Assembly (NCBI GenBank): GCA_965649165.1
Contig: CBFGJT010000008.1
Location: 1-59,968, forward strand
DNA: 59,968 nucleotides
Direction of reading: 5' to 3'
Source of the DNA: a candidate division WOR-3 bacterium
Lineage (GTDB): Bacteria > Hydrothermota > Tepidihabitantia > Tepidihabitantales > Tepidihabitantaceae
Part shown: positions 18,148 to 29,884 of the stretch, in pieces
Layout: the number at the start of each line of letters is the position of its first letter
Position numbering within the stretch: the first letter of the stretch is position 1
The notes under the pieces: model-generated
What the model saw: only the letters and a program-made list of their open reading frames with translations
What the model was told of the DNA's origin: nothing
Database searches by the model: none
Program-made: the position numbers and the translations under genes

Positions 18148-19425
18148 CTAATCGGTGAGCTTGAGCCGGAGCGGATAGCCGGTGAAGCGGAACTGGTCGC
18201 GGATCAGGTTGAGGACATAGCGCTGATAACGGCTCTTGACCATCTCCGGTCTGCTGACCCGGAGCCGGAATACCGGTGGCCGGATGCCGGTCTGGGAAAG
18301 CCCGAGCACAAAACAGCCGGGTGCGGGCGGATTTTCCTTCAGCTGGGCAAAAATGGTCTCGCGCAGAAACCGGCTGCTGATCCGCATCGCCCCGGAATGA
18401 TAAACCGCCTTTGCCTGCCGGACTGCATCCCAGACCCCTTTGCCGCGGATCGCACAGGTGTAGACGAGCGGAGCATAGCTGACAAACTCCAGGTTGCGGG
18501 TGATATACTCCTCAACCTTCTTTTTCAGTTCTTTCGGAATTAGGTCGGTCTTGTTGGCAACGATCACCAGCCCCTTGTCTCGGTCGGTCACGAGATTGAT
18601 GATCCGTTTGTCCTGCGCGGTCGGACCTTCGGTGGCGTCAATGACCACGAGTGCGATGTCACAGCGATTGATGGCGTCAATTGCCCGCTGCACCGAATAG
18701 TATTCAACCGGCTGGTCAATTTTTGTCCGGCGCCGGATGCCGGCGGTGTCTACGATTCGGAAGGTTTCGCCCTCGTATTCAAATGTCTCTTCAATTACAT
18801 CACGGGTGGTGCCAGGTATCGGGGTAACGATTGCCCGTTCTCTGTCCAGAAGCTGATTGAGAATTGTTGACTTGCCGACATTGGGTCGGCCCAGGATCGC
18901 CAGGGCAAGACCAATCGGAGCGGATAATTTTACCGCTGGCAGTTCGGCGATGACCGTATCCAGCAGCTCGTCAACACCAATGCCATGCTCGGCGGAGATC
19001 GTAAACACCCTTTCCGCGCCCAGCCGGTAGAATTCTGTTTCATCAAACTGCCGGCGCCGGTCACACTTGTTGACCGCAAGCAGAAACTTTCTGCCCTGTT
19101 CCCGGAGCCGGCTGGCGAGCTCCTCGTCCAGTGGCAGGAGTCCGGTGGTGCCGTCAACTACCAGGATGATTACCGCCGCCTCCTTAAGTGCTATTTCCAC
19201 CTGACGGGTAATCTCCTGCTGAATCTGTTCGCCGGCATCCGGGACATAACCGCCGGTGTCAATCACCAGAAACTCCCGGTCCTGCCAGCTGGCGGTCCGG
19301 ATCAGCCGGTCGCGGGTGATATTCGGTTCGCTAAGGGTGATCGCAACCCGGCCGCCCACAATCCGGTTGAACAGCGTGGACTTGCCCACATTGGGCCGGC
19401 CGACAATTGCTACCGCCGGAGTCAT
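18148..19425 (-). CDS. der: ribosome biogenesis GTPase Der (EngA)
   Basis: two GRPNVGKS G1 motifs, DTGG/DTAG, NKCD/NKTD, KH-like tail; promoter TTGACT-16-TAGTCT 9 nt upstream. Confidence 0.96.
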   Translation of the reverse strand: MTPAVAIVGRPNVGKSTLFNRIVGGRVAITLSEPNITRDRLIRTASWQDREFLVIDTGGYVPDAGEQIQQEITRQVEIALKEAAVIILVVDGTTGLLPLDEELASRLREQGRKFLLAVNKCDRRRQFDETEFYRLGAERVFTISAEHGIGVDELLDTVIAELPAVKLSAPIGLALAILGRPNVGKSTILNQLLDRERAIVTPIPGTTRDVIEETFEYEGETFRIVDTAGIRRRTKIDQPVEYYSVQRAIDAINRCDIALVVIDATEGPTAQDKRIINLVTDRDKGLVIVANKTDLIPKELKKKVEEYITRNLEFVSYAPLVYTCAIRGKGVWDAVRQAKAVYHSGAMRISSRFLRETIFAQLKENPPAPGCFVLGLSQTGIRPPVFRLRVSRPEMVKSRYQRYVLNLIRDQFRFTGYPLRLKLTD

Positions 19426-19516
19426 GGGATATAGAGACTAACCACTGCCGGAAATGAGTCAAGCGTAATTGATGCAACGGACAAAAAGAGACGACTGAAT
19501 CTGCCGGCGAGTGTGT

Positions 19517-19798
19517 TTAGTGCCTAATTAGAATGAGCAGGATCACTGCTGCGGCACCGAGAAAGAGCACGACGCCGATGCCGATCCAGAAGAAGCTCTG
19601 ACTGCGGACCTCCTCATACCGCTCCGCAACCTCTGCCATCTTATCTGGATCCTGAGGCGGCCGGAGCTTGTCCTCAACGATTTCGCCGGTAAACTGCAAC
19701 CCGCAGGCAGGACAGGATTTGTGCGGCCGGGTCATCAGTTTGCCACATTCAGGACAGAAGTGGTATTTGCCCCGTTTGATCAGTGGTGCCTGAGCCAC
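19517..19798 (-). CDS. zinc-ribbon protein with C-terminal membrane anchor
   Basis: CPECG...CPACG, C-terminal TM; TTGACA-17-TATTTT 6 nt before GTG. Confidence 0.75.
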   Translation of the reverse strand: MAQAPLIKRGKYHFCPECGKLMTRPHKSCPACGLQFTGEIVEDKLRPPQDPDKMAEVAERYEEVRSQSFFWIGIGVVLFLGAAAVILLILIRH

Positions 19799-19995
19799 AT
19801 CTTAAAAATAGAGATATTAAAGCTGGCTGTCAAGAAATACGCGCCGGTTTTTGAAGGAAAACCGGGGTTTTCTGCCTGCTGTTTTCGCTTGACAGGAGGA
19901 AGTTTTTGCTCACAATGCTTATAATGTCTGCACGAGCAGACAGCAGGAAGACGATGGTTTTCAAACCGCCCGTAACGGGCAGAAAGGAGCAGTAA

Positions 19996-20277
19996 ATGCC
20001 GCGTGGACAAGTATTGATGAACCGCACCGTGAAGTTGACGGAGGCGATGCAGCCGGTCTTCGGCCCGGGAAAGACGATCAAGGTCCGGGATATCAACAAA
20101 AAGCTCTGGGCTTACATCAAGAAGAATAAGCTGATGACTGGCGATGGTCCGCTGATGAAGCGGAGCGTCAAACTGACACCAGAACTCCAAGCGATCATGG
20201 GCAAGAAAGCCTCGGTCAAGGTCGGTGAAATGATGAAGCTTTTGTGGAAATACATTAACGCCAATAATCTGTTTTAA
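19996..20277 (+). CDS. small basic SWIB/MDM2-like protein made of two tandem half-SWIB repeats
   Basis: two 40-aa repeats each ending KxLWxYIxxNxL; SD AAGGAG; upstream TTGACA at 19889-19894. Confidence 0.85.
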   Translation: MPRGQVLMNRTVKLTEAMQPVFGPGKTIKVRDINKKLWAYIKKNKLMTGDGPLMKRSVKLTPELQAIMGKKASVKVGEMMKLLWKYINANNLF

Positions 20278-20302
20278 TCTTTAAATTCACCCAGAGCAGG
20301 CA

Positions 20303-20339
20303 AGGCAGACCCCCGGCAGTCCGGGGGTTCGGCCTTTTT
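20303..20339 (+). terminator. intrinsic terminator after the SWIB-like gene
   Basis: GACCCCCGG-CAGT-CCGGGGGTT stem (20308-20329) followed by CGGCCTTTTT. Confidence 0.65.
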
Positions 20340-20428
20340 ATTAGCCAGACCTGAGCGAGGTTAATAAGTCTATTTTTTTGATAAACTTAAAATAACGGTG
20401 CTGTCTGGGTATTGGTTATTTTTTCTGC

Positions 20429-20457
20429 TTGACAGGTGAGACTGGATTTGTTAATAT
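20429..20457 (+). promoter_or_regulatory. rRNA promoter directly upstream of 23S (TTGACA-17-TAATAT, extended TG)
   Basis: consensus -35; AT-rich upstream tract; about 65 nt before the 23S 5' end. Confidence 0.8.
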
Positions 20458-20484
20458 ATAGTTAGCCAAAATTTTTGAATATTT

Positions 20485-20496
20485 TGCTCTTTGACA
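20485..20496 (+). promoter_or_regulatory. rrn antitermination boxA (TGCTCTTTGACA)
   Basis: one mismatch to the TGCTCTTTAACA consensus; lies between the promoter and 23S. Confidence 0.8.
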
Positions 20497-20523
20497 ATTT
20501 GGAGAAGAGGCAGGCTGATATTC

Positions 20524-23539
<3,016 letters not shown>

Positions 23540-23578
23540 TCAGTCTGCTTCTTCTCCTTAAAATCTGGTCTGTAAGAT

Positions 23579-23696
23579 TCCCGGCGGTGATACCGGAGGG
23601 GAAACACCTCTTCCCATACCGAACAGAGCCGTTAAGCCCTCCAGGGCCGATGGTACTGCGCTGGCAACGGCGTGGGAGAGTAGGTCGCTGCCGGGT
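23579..23696 (+). rRNA. rrf: 5S rRNA
   Basis: CCCGGCGGTGATA...CCCATACCGAAC...GCCGATGGTACTG...GGGAGAGTAGGTCGCTGCCGGG followed by a T-tract. Confidence 0.96.
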
Positions 23697-23750
23697 TTTT
23701 TATTCCTTTTTCTGTTTGACCCGTTATCAATCGCGGGTAAATTTCCTGTG

Positions 23751-24926
23751 ATGCGGTTACCTTTCCCACTTGCAGTGCTATTAATAATAATGATAGCCGC
23801 CGGCTGTTATCAGCCGGCAATTGTTTATCAGCGGTATCACCAGCCGGAGCGTGCCTCTGAGCCAATTGTGGTGCGGGTCCGGCTGACAGTACCTAAGGAG
23901 CGGGTGTGCATTACTGCCGAGCAGGGTTTGCAGGTCAGGATTGACGGGCGTACCTGGAGGGTTGATTCTGTGCTGGTTACCTTGCGACCGGACGGTTTTC
24001 GGCTCGCTGGAGGAAATCTGCCACCGCAGTTATTACGGGACACGGTCATAATTACCAGCAGTTCAGGGTTAGTACGAGTCGACTCCCGGAGTTATCGTGG
24101 TGCGGTCAGGGTGTTTTATCTGGAAGATTCGAGTCGGACAGTGGTGGTCAACCGTTTGCCTCTGGATGAGTATCTTTACAGTGTTGTTCCGTGTGAAATC
24201 GGTCCGGTAAAACCTGAAACCTACGAGGCAGTCAAGGCGCAGGCGGTGGCGGCGCGGAGTTTTACCTTGAGCCGGCTGGGTAGGCGTAAAGGGCTCGGTT
24301 ATGACCTCTATGACAGCTACTTCCGGGATCAGGAGTACAGAGGTGCGGGTGCGGAGCTGGCGCTGGCAACTCGTGCGGTTGATGAGACGCGGGGGGAAGT
24401 GCTAGAGTATCAGGGTGAAGTGGTGGAGGCACTTTATCATGGCAATTGTGGCGGGGTAACTGCTGATGGCACCAATCCATGTCTGATCAGTGTCCGGGAC
24501 AGTCCGGGCGCCGGCGGGCGTCCGTTCTGCAGCTGGAGTGGAAACTTTTCTTGGCGGATGTCAATCGGGCTTGACAGCATTGAACGTGCCCTTGCCCGTC
24601 TAACCGGTAGTTCAGGCAGAATCAGGGTGAAGGGTGTTCGGCTGATAAGGGCTAAAGAATCATGCCGAGTCCAGAAACTTTATTTTAAAACTTGCCAGGG
24701 AGAGCTGACAGTAAATGGGACTGACTTCCGTCTGGCGCTCGGTCTCAAGTCCACCTTTTTTGAACTCAGAATCAGCCGTGGAAGAGCGATTTTTGAAGGC
24801 AGAGGCTGGGGGCATGGGGTCGGGATGTGTCAGGATGGAGCGGTCGGTATGTCAAGGCTGGGGTATGATTACCGGCAGATATTGAAGCATTATTATCCAC
24901 GGCTGAAACTTGGCAGATTGTACTGA
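23751..24926 (+). CDS. SpoIID/LytB domain lipoprotein (lytic transglycosylase-like)
   Basis: lipobox IAAGC; YLYSVVPCE, KAQAVAARSF, GRGWGHGVGMCQDGA, ILKHYY; TTGACC-16-TAAATT 7 nt before ATG 23751 (GTG 23748 is the alternative). Confidence 0.92.
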   Translation: MRLPFPLAVLLIIMIAAGCYQPAIVYQRYHQPERASEPIVVRVRLTVPKERVCITAEQGLQVRIDGRTWRVDSVLVTLRPDGFRLAGGNLPPQLLRDTVIITSSSGLVRVDSRSYRGAVRVFYLEDSSRTVVVNRLPLDEYLYSVVPCEIGPVKPETYEAVKAQAVAARSFTLSRLGRRKGLGYDLYDSYFRDQEYRGAGAELALATRAVDETRGEVLEYQGEVVEALYHGNCGGVTADGTNPCLISVRDSPGAGGRPFCSWSGNFSWRMSIGLDSIERALARLTGSSGRIRVKGVRLIRAKESCRVQKLYFKTCQGELTVNGTDFRLALGLKSTFFELRISRGRAIFEGRGWGHGVGMCQDGAVGMSRLGYDYRQILKHYYPRLKLGRLY

Positions 24927-25520
24927 TCAGGTCTGGTGTTCTTCTTCGGTAATTTCCTTTTCTTCCGGGACATCGGTGATAAAAACGGCAGCAGCGACAA
25001 CAGTTGTCCACAGACCATTCTTGTTGCCGATGGCGGTCTGGGTGATGTTCTGGGTGCGAACAATCTCCCGGGCGATTTTCCAGATCTCCTTGCGCTTGTC
25101 GTAGCTCAGATCCGGATCAAAGGGCACACCGAGCGTGGTGGCAAGCATCTGTGCCGCCAGATCTTCGGCGTAATCGCCGGCACGGTCCTCCCGTTCACCA
25201 AAGGAGTGGTACTCGGACAGGTAACCGTAGCGGGAAGGATCTTTAGGGATGGCGATGCCCACCGAGGCGGAAATCAGCCGGTGGGGTTCATTTGTCGCGT
25301 TGTCGCTCATAACTACAAAAAGAACCTGACCGGGCTTTAAAAGATTAAGTCCGCGCTGGCGGGAGATGATCCGGCAGTAGGGCGGGAAAATTGAAGACAC
25401 CCGCACCAGATTGTAAGGTGCGATGCCGGCGTCGCGCAGTGCCGCCTCAAAACTGGCAAGCCGTTCCCGGTGGATACCGACCCCTTTGGTAAGAAAGACA
25501 TAGCGGGGCAGGATGACCAT
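24927..25520 (-). CDS. pdaD: pyruvoyl-dependent arginine decarboxylase
   Basis: SFEAALRDAGIAPYNLVRVSSIFPP (Ser-Ser self-cleavage site), YGYLSEYH, WTTVVAAAV; SD AGGAGG. Confidence 0.9.
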   Translation of the reverse strand: MVILPRYVFLTKGVGIHRERLASFEAALRDAGIAPYNLVRVSSIFPPYCRIISRQRGLNLLKPGQVLFVVMSDNATNEPHRLISASVGIAIPKDPSRYGYLSEYHSFGEREDRAGDYAEDLAAQMLATTLGVPFDPDLSYDKRKEIWKIAREIVRTQNITQTAIGNKNGLWTTVVAAAVFITDVPEEKEITEEEHQT

Positions 25521-25543
25521 TTTCCCTCCTTAAATATAAAAAG

Positions 25544-25616
25544 TGGAGCAGACCAGATTTGAACTGGCGACCTCCAGAGTGCGATTCTGGCGCTCTCCCA
25601 GCTGAGCTACTGCCCC
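25544..25616 (-). tRNA. tRNA-Ala (anticodon CGC), CCA not encoded
   Basis: GGGGCAG acceptor stem with G3:U70, anticodon arm CCAGA-ATCGCAC-TCTGG, TTCAAAT T-loop; discriminator A followed by CTT. Confidence 0.96.
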
Positions 25617-25733
25617 ACAGTTTTGAGGTGCCGGCTTCAAAGCCGTAACCTCCCAAGGTAATTATAATTCACCGGTTAGAATTGTAAATCTCTGCTGACC
25701 GCTGTCAAGCGGATAGTTGAGACTGCAGACCAG

Positions 25734-25761
25734 TTGACAGAATTGCGCTCCATAGTATAAT
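25734..25761 (+). promoter_or_regulatory. sigma70 promoter TTGACA-16-TATAAT for 25801 gene (divergent from the tRNA)
   Basis: perfect consensus boxes; SD GGAGG before ATG 25801. Confidence 0.75.
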
Positions 25762-25800
25762 AAGGTGCGGTGGTCTGCTAATAGCCCAAAGGAGGTGTCC

Positions 25801-27132
25801 ATGGGGACGGGCAGGGTGCTGGTAAGCAGCGTTCTGCTGTTAGGTGTGGCGGCCGGACAGTTTGAGTTCGGCGTTGTCTGCTCCACAAACAGCCGTTTCG
25901 CAACCGGGCCCAGCAACAGTCACAAACTGGCTTACCGCGGTGAAATGCTTTATCTGGACCGGGATACGATTACGCTCGTTTTCCAGTCGCGGGAGAGTAT
26001 CTATTACTGTTTGTCCGGGAACGGTTCAGTTCAGCCCTGGAGCCGTCCGGTTTACCTTTATCCCGGTAAGGATCCGGGAATCACCTGGGGTGGTGATGGC
26101 GACCGGCATCTGGTCTGGGTGATGCGGGACACAGGAACGGGCGTCTTCAATATTTATTACCGGAATCTGGAATTCCGGATGCTGCCGGTACATGTAAGTG
26201 CCAGCGAAACTGACTGCGGTCATCCGGATGTCTATGCGGACAGCAACGGAGTCGCCCATGTTGTCTGGGAGGAAGGTGCGGATCAACCGCAGATCTGGTA
26301 TCGCACTGTCAATGAGAACGGCGTGATCAGCGGGCGGTTTCGCGTTTCATCGGACAGCACTGCTCAGTGCCGGTTTCCGGCGATCGAATGCTTCCAGGAC
26401 ACTATTTATGTCATCTGGCAGGAGTTTTGTCCGTCACAGCCTCTGCCCTACCGGATTCTTCAACGGCGACAGGTGAATGGCACCTGGCTGCCGGTGCAGA
26501 TTTTGATGCAGAATGCCGAACCGCTAGCACATCCGAGCTTGGATTTTGCGCTTGGAGAGCGGTTTTCCGCATGCTGGGAGGTCTGTTCGGGGGGGGATTA
26601 TGATGCCCATTTTGCCGGAGGTAACGGCGGTGGTTATCATACTTACGGTATGTCAACTGTGCCGGTGGTGGCAACGGTGGGCACGATCTGGTCCTACCTT
26701 TTCTGGCAGGAGGATTCAGCCGCCTATCAGGACATCTACTATCATCTCTACTATTTTATGACCGGCTGGACGCGGGGCACGGTGCGCCGGCTATTTGGCA
26801 TCAATGAACCGCTTCATGCTCCCAGCTGTCTGGCTGCGCTTGCGGTATGGACTCAGGGTGATACCTCACCCTACAAAGTGATGTGGGGGTTTTTCGGCTA
26901 TCCGGTCGGAATTGAGGAGGCGGAACTGAGGCTGACCCGCAGACAGTTTTCAAGGGTTGTCAATGATGGTTCGATTCTTTTCATTCCCCAGCCGGGTGGG
27001 GTTGTTCTTGATATCAGCGGGCGCCGGATGCTTGACCTGAAGCCCGGATTCAATGATCTGAGCCGGCTGCGGCGCGGTGTCTATTTTGTGCGCTCCGGTG
27101 CACAACCGCAGCGGATGATTCAGGTGCGCTGA
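25801..27132 (+). CDS. secreted beta-propeller/BNR-like repeat protein with T9SS-type-A-like C-terminal domain
   Basis: signal peptide; repeats HLVW...IYYR, HVVW...IWYR, YVIWQ; tail LDISGRRMLDLKPGFNDLSRLRRGVYFVR. Confidence 0.75.
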   Translation: MGTGRVLVSSVLLLGVAAGQFEFGVVCSTNSRFATGPSNSHKLAYRGEMLYLDRDTITLVFQSRESIYYCLSGNGSVQPWSRPVYLYPGKDPGITWGGDGDRHLVWVMRDTGTGVFNIYYRNLEFRMLPVHVSASETDCGHPDVYADSNGVAHVVWEEGADQPQIWYRTVNENGVISGRFRVSSDSTAQCRFPAIECFQDTIYVIWQEFCPSQPLPYRILQRRQVNGTWLPVQILMQNAEPLAHPSLDFALGERFSACWEVCSGGDYDAHFAGGNGGGYHTYGMSTVPVVATVGTIWSYLFWQEDSAAYQDIYYHLYYFMTGWTRGTVRRLFGINEPLHAPSCLAALAVWTQGDTSPYKVMWGFFGYPVGIEEAELRLTRRQFSRVVNDGSILFIPQPGGVVLDISGRRMLDLKPGFNDLSRLRRGVYFVRSGAQPQRMIQVR

Positions 27133-28730
27133 AGGAAGAGATTATCCTCAGAAAGAAGGCCGCTCTCCTATTACTTGCTGGTATCCAGCTGGTATTTGGC
27201 TGGTATGCGACGCGGGTTGAATTTCAGCACCTTTGCTGGTCACCTGACAGTCGCCGTCTGGCTTTTACCGCCCGTTACTGTGACGAAGGAAGTGATGTTG
27301 AAGGGATGGAGAGTGAGAATCTGGTGGCGGTGGTGTGGGTTGACAGTGAGCTGCCGGTGCGAATTTTGACACCATCGGTGATTAACAGGGTGATACCGGA
27401 TCGCTCGGGTGACCAGCTGGCACTGGTGACCAGCTGGGGGGTATTTACACTCAATTTTTGCGACGGATCGGTGCGGCAGCTGTTACTCGTGGAAAGTCCG
27501 GGCGACCGCAGGAACTACATTGCAGACGGTGTCTGGTCTGATTCCGGCACCAGGTTAGCGCTGACCGTATTTGACTACAGCAGCAACCGGTGTCAGCTTC
27601 GGGAGTTGGAGATCAGCAGGGGCAATATCCAACTGCGGGCGCGGGGCTTGGCGGATGCGGACCGGCTTGCGGTGCTTTATTATGAAGGAGACAGCGCGCT
27701 GATTGTTGCTGAAAGAGCACTGGTTGATTCCAGTGCACCGTTCAGCTTCTGGCGGCTGGTGCCGGGCAGAGTCGGGAAAGTGCCGCTGACTGCAGAGCAG
27801 ATCAGGTCCGGGGCATTTCCTCTGATGAGCTACAGCGTGCCGGCTGATGGTGTGATTGAGCTGGAAAGTCTGGGGATGCCAGTGCGCCGGCTGAAACTGC
27901 AGTCAGGCGGTAAGATTGAAAGCGTTAAGTTTGCCCCTGATTTCCGGCATATCGCCTATGTACATTCTGATGGCTCAAGACGGTCACTCTGGCTGGTGAA
28001 AACCGATGGCAGTGAAAACCGGCAGCTGCCAGTTGCGGGACCTTATGTCTGGCAGACAGACGGCAGCGGACTGATAATCGCCCATCAGGACAGTATCGTT
28101 CAGGTTGCGCTTGACGGCAGGGTTAGATATCTTTTCTCGCTTACCGGGTTTACGGTTACTGCAATTGTCCCGGCACCGGAGGGCAGTCGGCTGCTTGTGG
28201 AACTGAAGCAGGCTGATACCGATCTTGTGGCAATTGTCGAGCCGGATTCGGCTCATTTCCGGATTGTCGGCAATGGATATCAGTCCCGATGGCTGAATGA
28301 CTATCGGGCATGCTTCCGCACTGCGACCGGGTTTGGCAGGTATGATTTGTCCTCCGGGGATCTGCGGATAGTGAATTTGATCACTAGCGGCTTTGCGCCG
28401 GAATGGCTTGATGATACCACCATTATTTTTGCCGCCGGCACCGGTATCTATCGGACCCTGGGCACGGAACTTAAAGTCCAATATCCGGAGCAGCGGCAAT
28501 GGTGGTGTGTCAATGTCAATACCGGCAGGATGTGGCAATTTCTGGGTGAGTTCAGCGGTATTTCACCATCAGGGGATCGTGCGGGTCCGATTACTTCGCC
28601 GGACCGCAGGCTGAAGGTGTGGATTGGTGATGCTGGACAGAGAAACGGACCTAATCGTCCGGCGGTCTACGTTAGCGATGTCGAGGGCAGCGGAGAGCGG
28701 ATTGTTGCTGGTCCCTGGACCAACTACTGA
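27129..28730 (+). CDS. TolB-like (PD40) beta-propeller secreted protein; true start upstream of 27306 and non-canonical
   Basis: frame open from 27057; upstream of ATG 27306 it encodes a signal-peptide-like RKKAALLLLAGIQLVFG and WSPDSRRLAF; further FAPDFRHIAY, SPDRR motifs; start (CTG 27129, ATT 27141 or ATC 27144) uncertain. Confidence 0.65.
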   Translation: MKEEIILRKKAALLLLAGIQLVFGWYATRVEFQHLCWSPDSRRLAFTARYCDEGSDVEGMESENLVAVVWVDSELPVRILTPSVINRVIPDRSGDQLALVTSWGVFTLNFCDGSVRQLLLVESPGDRRNYIADGVWSDSGTRLALTVFDYSSNRCQLRELEISRGNIQLRARGLADADRLAVLYYEGDSALIVAERALVDSSAPFSFWRLVPGRVGKVPLTAEQIRSGAFPLMSYSVPADGVIELESLGMPVRRLKLQSGGKIESVKFAPDFRHIAYVHSDGSRRSLWLVKTDGSENRQLPVAGPYVWQTDGSGLIIAHQDSIVQVALDGRVRYLFSLTGFTVTAIVPAPEGSRLLVELKQADTDLVAIVEPDSAHFRIVGNGYQSRWLNDYRACFRTATGFGRYDLSSGDLRIVNLITSGFAPEWLDDTTIIFAAGTGIYRTLGTELKVQYPEQRQWWCVNVNTGRMWQFLGEFSGISPSGDRAGPITSPDRRLKVWIGDAGQRNGPNRPAVYVSDVEGSGERIVAGPWTNY

Positions 28731-29776
28731 ACTGCGCCGATGAGCAGCCGGGCAGCGGTTTCAGCACCGTTGATCGAAATTTTCCCCCAGCCCGCCTGTG
28801 CCATTTCTGTAAGTTTGCCGGACTGGTGCAGGGCATTGATGATTGAGCCCAATTTCTGCGGTTGAGACAGCGGCAGGCACACCTTTTGTGCTGCGGCAAA
28901 GCTGAAGTTCTGGGGGGCAAAAGGTCCGACATGCGGCAGCAGGGCAAACATCGGCAGGCCCAATCCCAGCGCCCAGTTGGTTCGCTCGTGTGCTGCCGCC
29001 ACCATCAGGTCAATTTCGGGGAAAAGCTCAGCGGTTTTTTCATTTTCCTCCGTCCGGGAGGAGAATACCATGGTATTGAGAATTCCGGGGGCAAATCTGC
29101 CCTCGGTGCCGGCAAAGATTAGCACCCGGTGTCCGGTATCAAGACAGGAGCGGGCAGCAACGCTGATCGCCCTCATATGGGGGCGGGGATAGGCGCCAGA
29201 GGTAAAGAAGGCGACGGTCAAGGGTATGTCTGAATGTAGCCGGTCAAGCCGCCTCTCGTAAGCGGTTTTCGCAACCGGCAGCAGTTGCGGTTCGATGATC
29301 AGTCCGGTGACCGCCACTTTTTCTCTGCTGATGCCCAGCGACTCAAAACACCGGGCGGTATACTCCAGGGGGACAAGAATCTGTTCCACTTCAGCGATTA
29401 CCGCGCTTTCTGGAGCGGCAATTTCGCCGTGGAGATAGGCAACCCGGCAGACCGGTCCCAGAAGCCGGGCAAGGAGTGGATGGTCAACAAGTACGATTCC
29501 GGGGAAATTGCGGAATTCTTTCCTCATTTTAGGATCAAGTAATGATGATACCAATGCTGAAACCGTTCCGGACCGCCGGAGCCGGTTGTAAATTCTGGTC
29601 AGTGGTCCGCCTCTGCCGCCAAGCCGGTAAAGCTGTCTGACCCGCCGCCAGCTCCATCCGGAAGCTGTCTGTCGAGGTGCAGCCGGCAGAAATGAAAGTA
29701 CGGCGTCGAGGTAGTTCGGGTGCCCGCGTCCGATTCCGGCGGAAAAGGCAACAAGCCGGTGGTTCGGCCGATTCAC
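28724..29776 (-). CDS. putative GT-B fold glycosyltransferase-like protein
   Basis: SAGIGRGH N-terminal motif as in MGDG synthase/UgtP-like enzymes, VAVTGLIIEP, C-terminal NGAETAA; TTGACT-16-TAACCT 7 nt before GTG. Confidence 0.55.
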   Translation of the reverse strand: MNRPNHRLVAFSAGIGRGHPNYLDAVLSFLPAAPRQTASGWSWRRVRQLYRLGGRGGPLTRIYNRLRRSGTVSALVSSLLDPKMRKEFRNFPGIVLVDHPLLARLLGPVCRVAYLHGEIAAPESAVIAEVEQILVPLEYTARCFESLGISREKVAVTGLIIEPQLLPVAKTAYERRLDRLHSDIPLTVAFFTSGAYPRPHMRAISVAARSCLDTGHRVLIFAGTEGRFAPGILNTMVFSSRTEENEKTAELFPEIDLMVAAAHERTNWALGLGLPMFALLPHVGPFAPQNFSFAAAQKVCLPLSQPQKLGSIINALHQSGKLTEMAQAGWGKISINGAETAARLLIGAVQ

Positions 29777-29884
29777 TAAATTCAGGTTAAGAGAAGATTA
29801 AGGCCAGTCAATCAAATGGCAGGCTCAATTCCGGCGGAATTGCAGTTCTTTACTGTTGTTCAATTTCGCTGATAATTTAGCTCT

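Noticed and set aside
25544-28730. Genomic island integrated at tRNA-Ala
   Set aside because: No integrase, no duplicated tRNA 3' end, and the hypothetical genes lie on the 5' side of the tRNA
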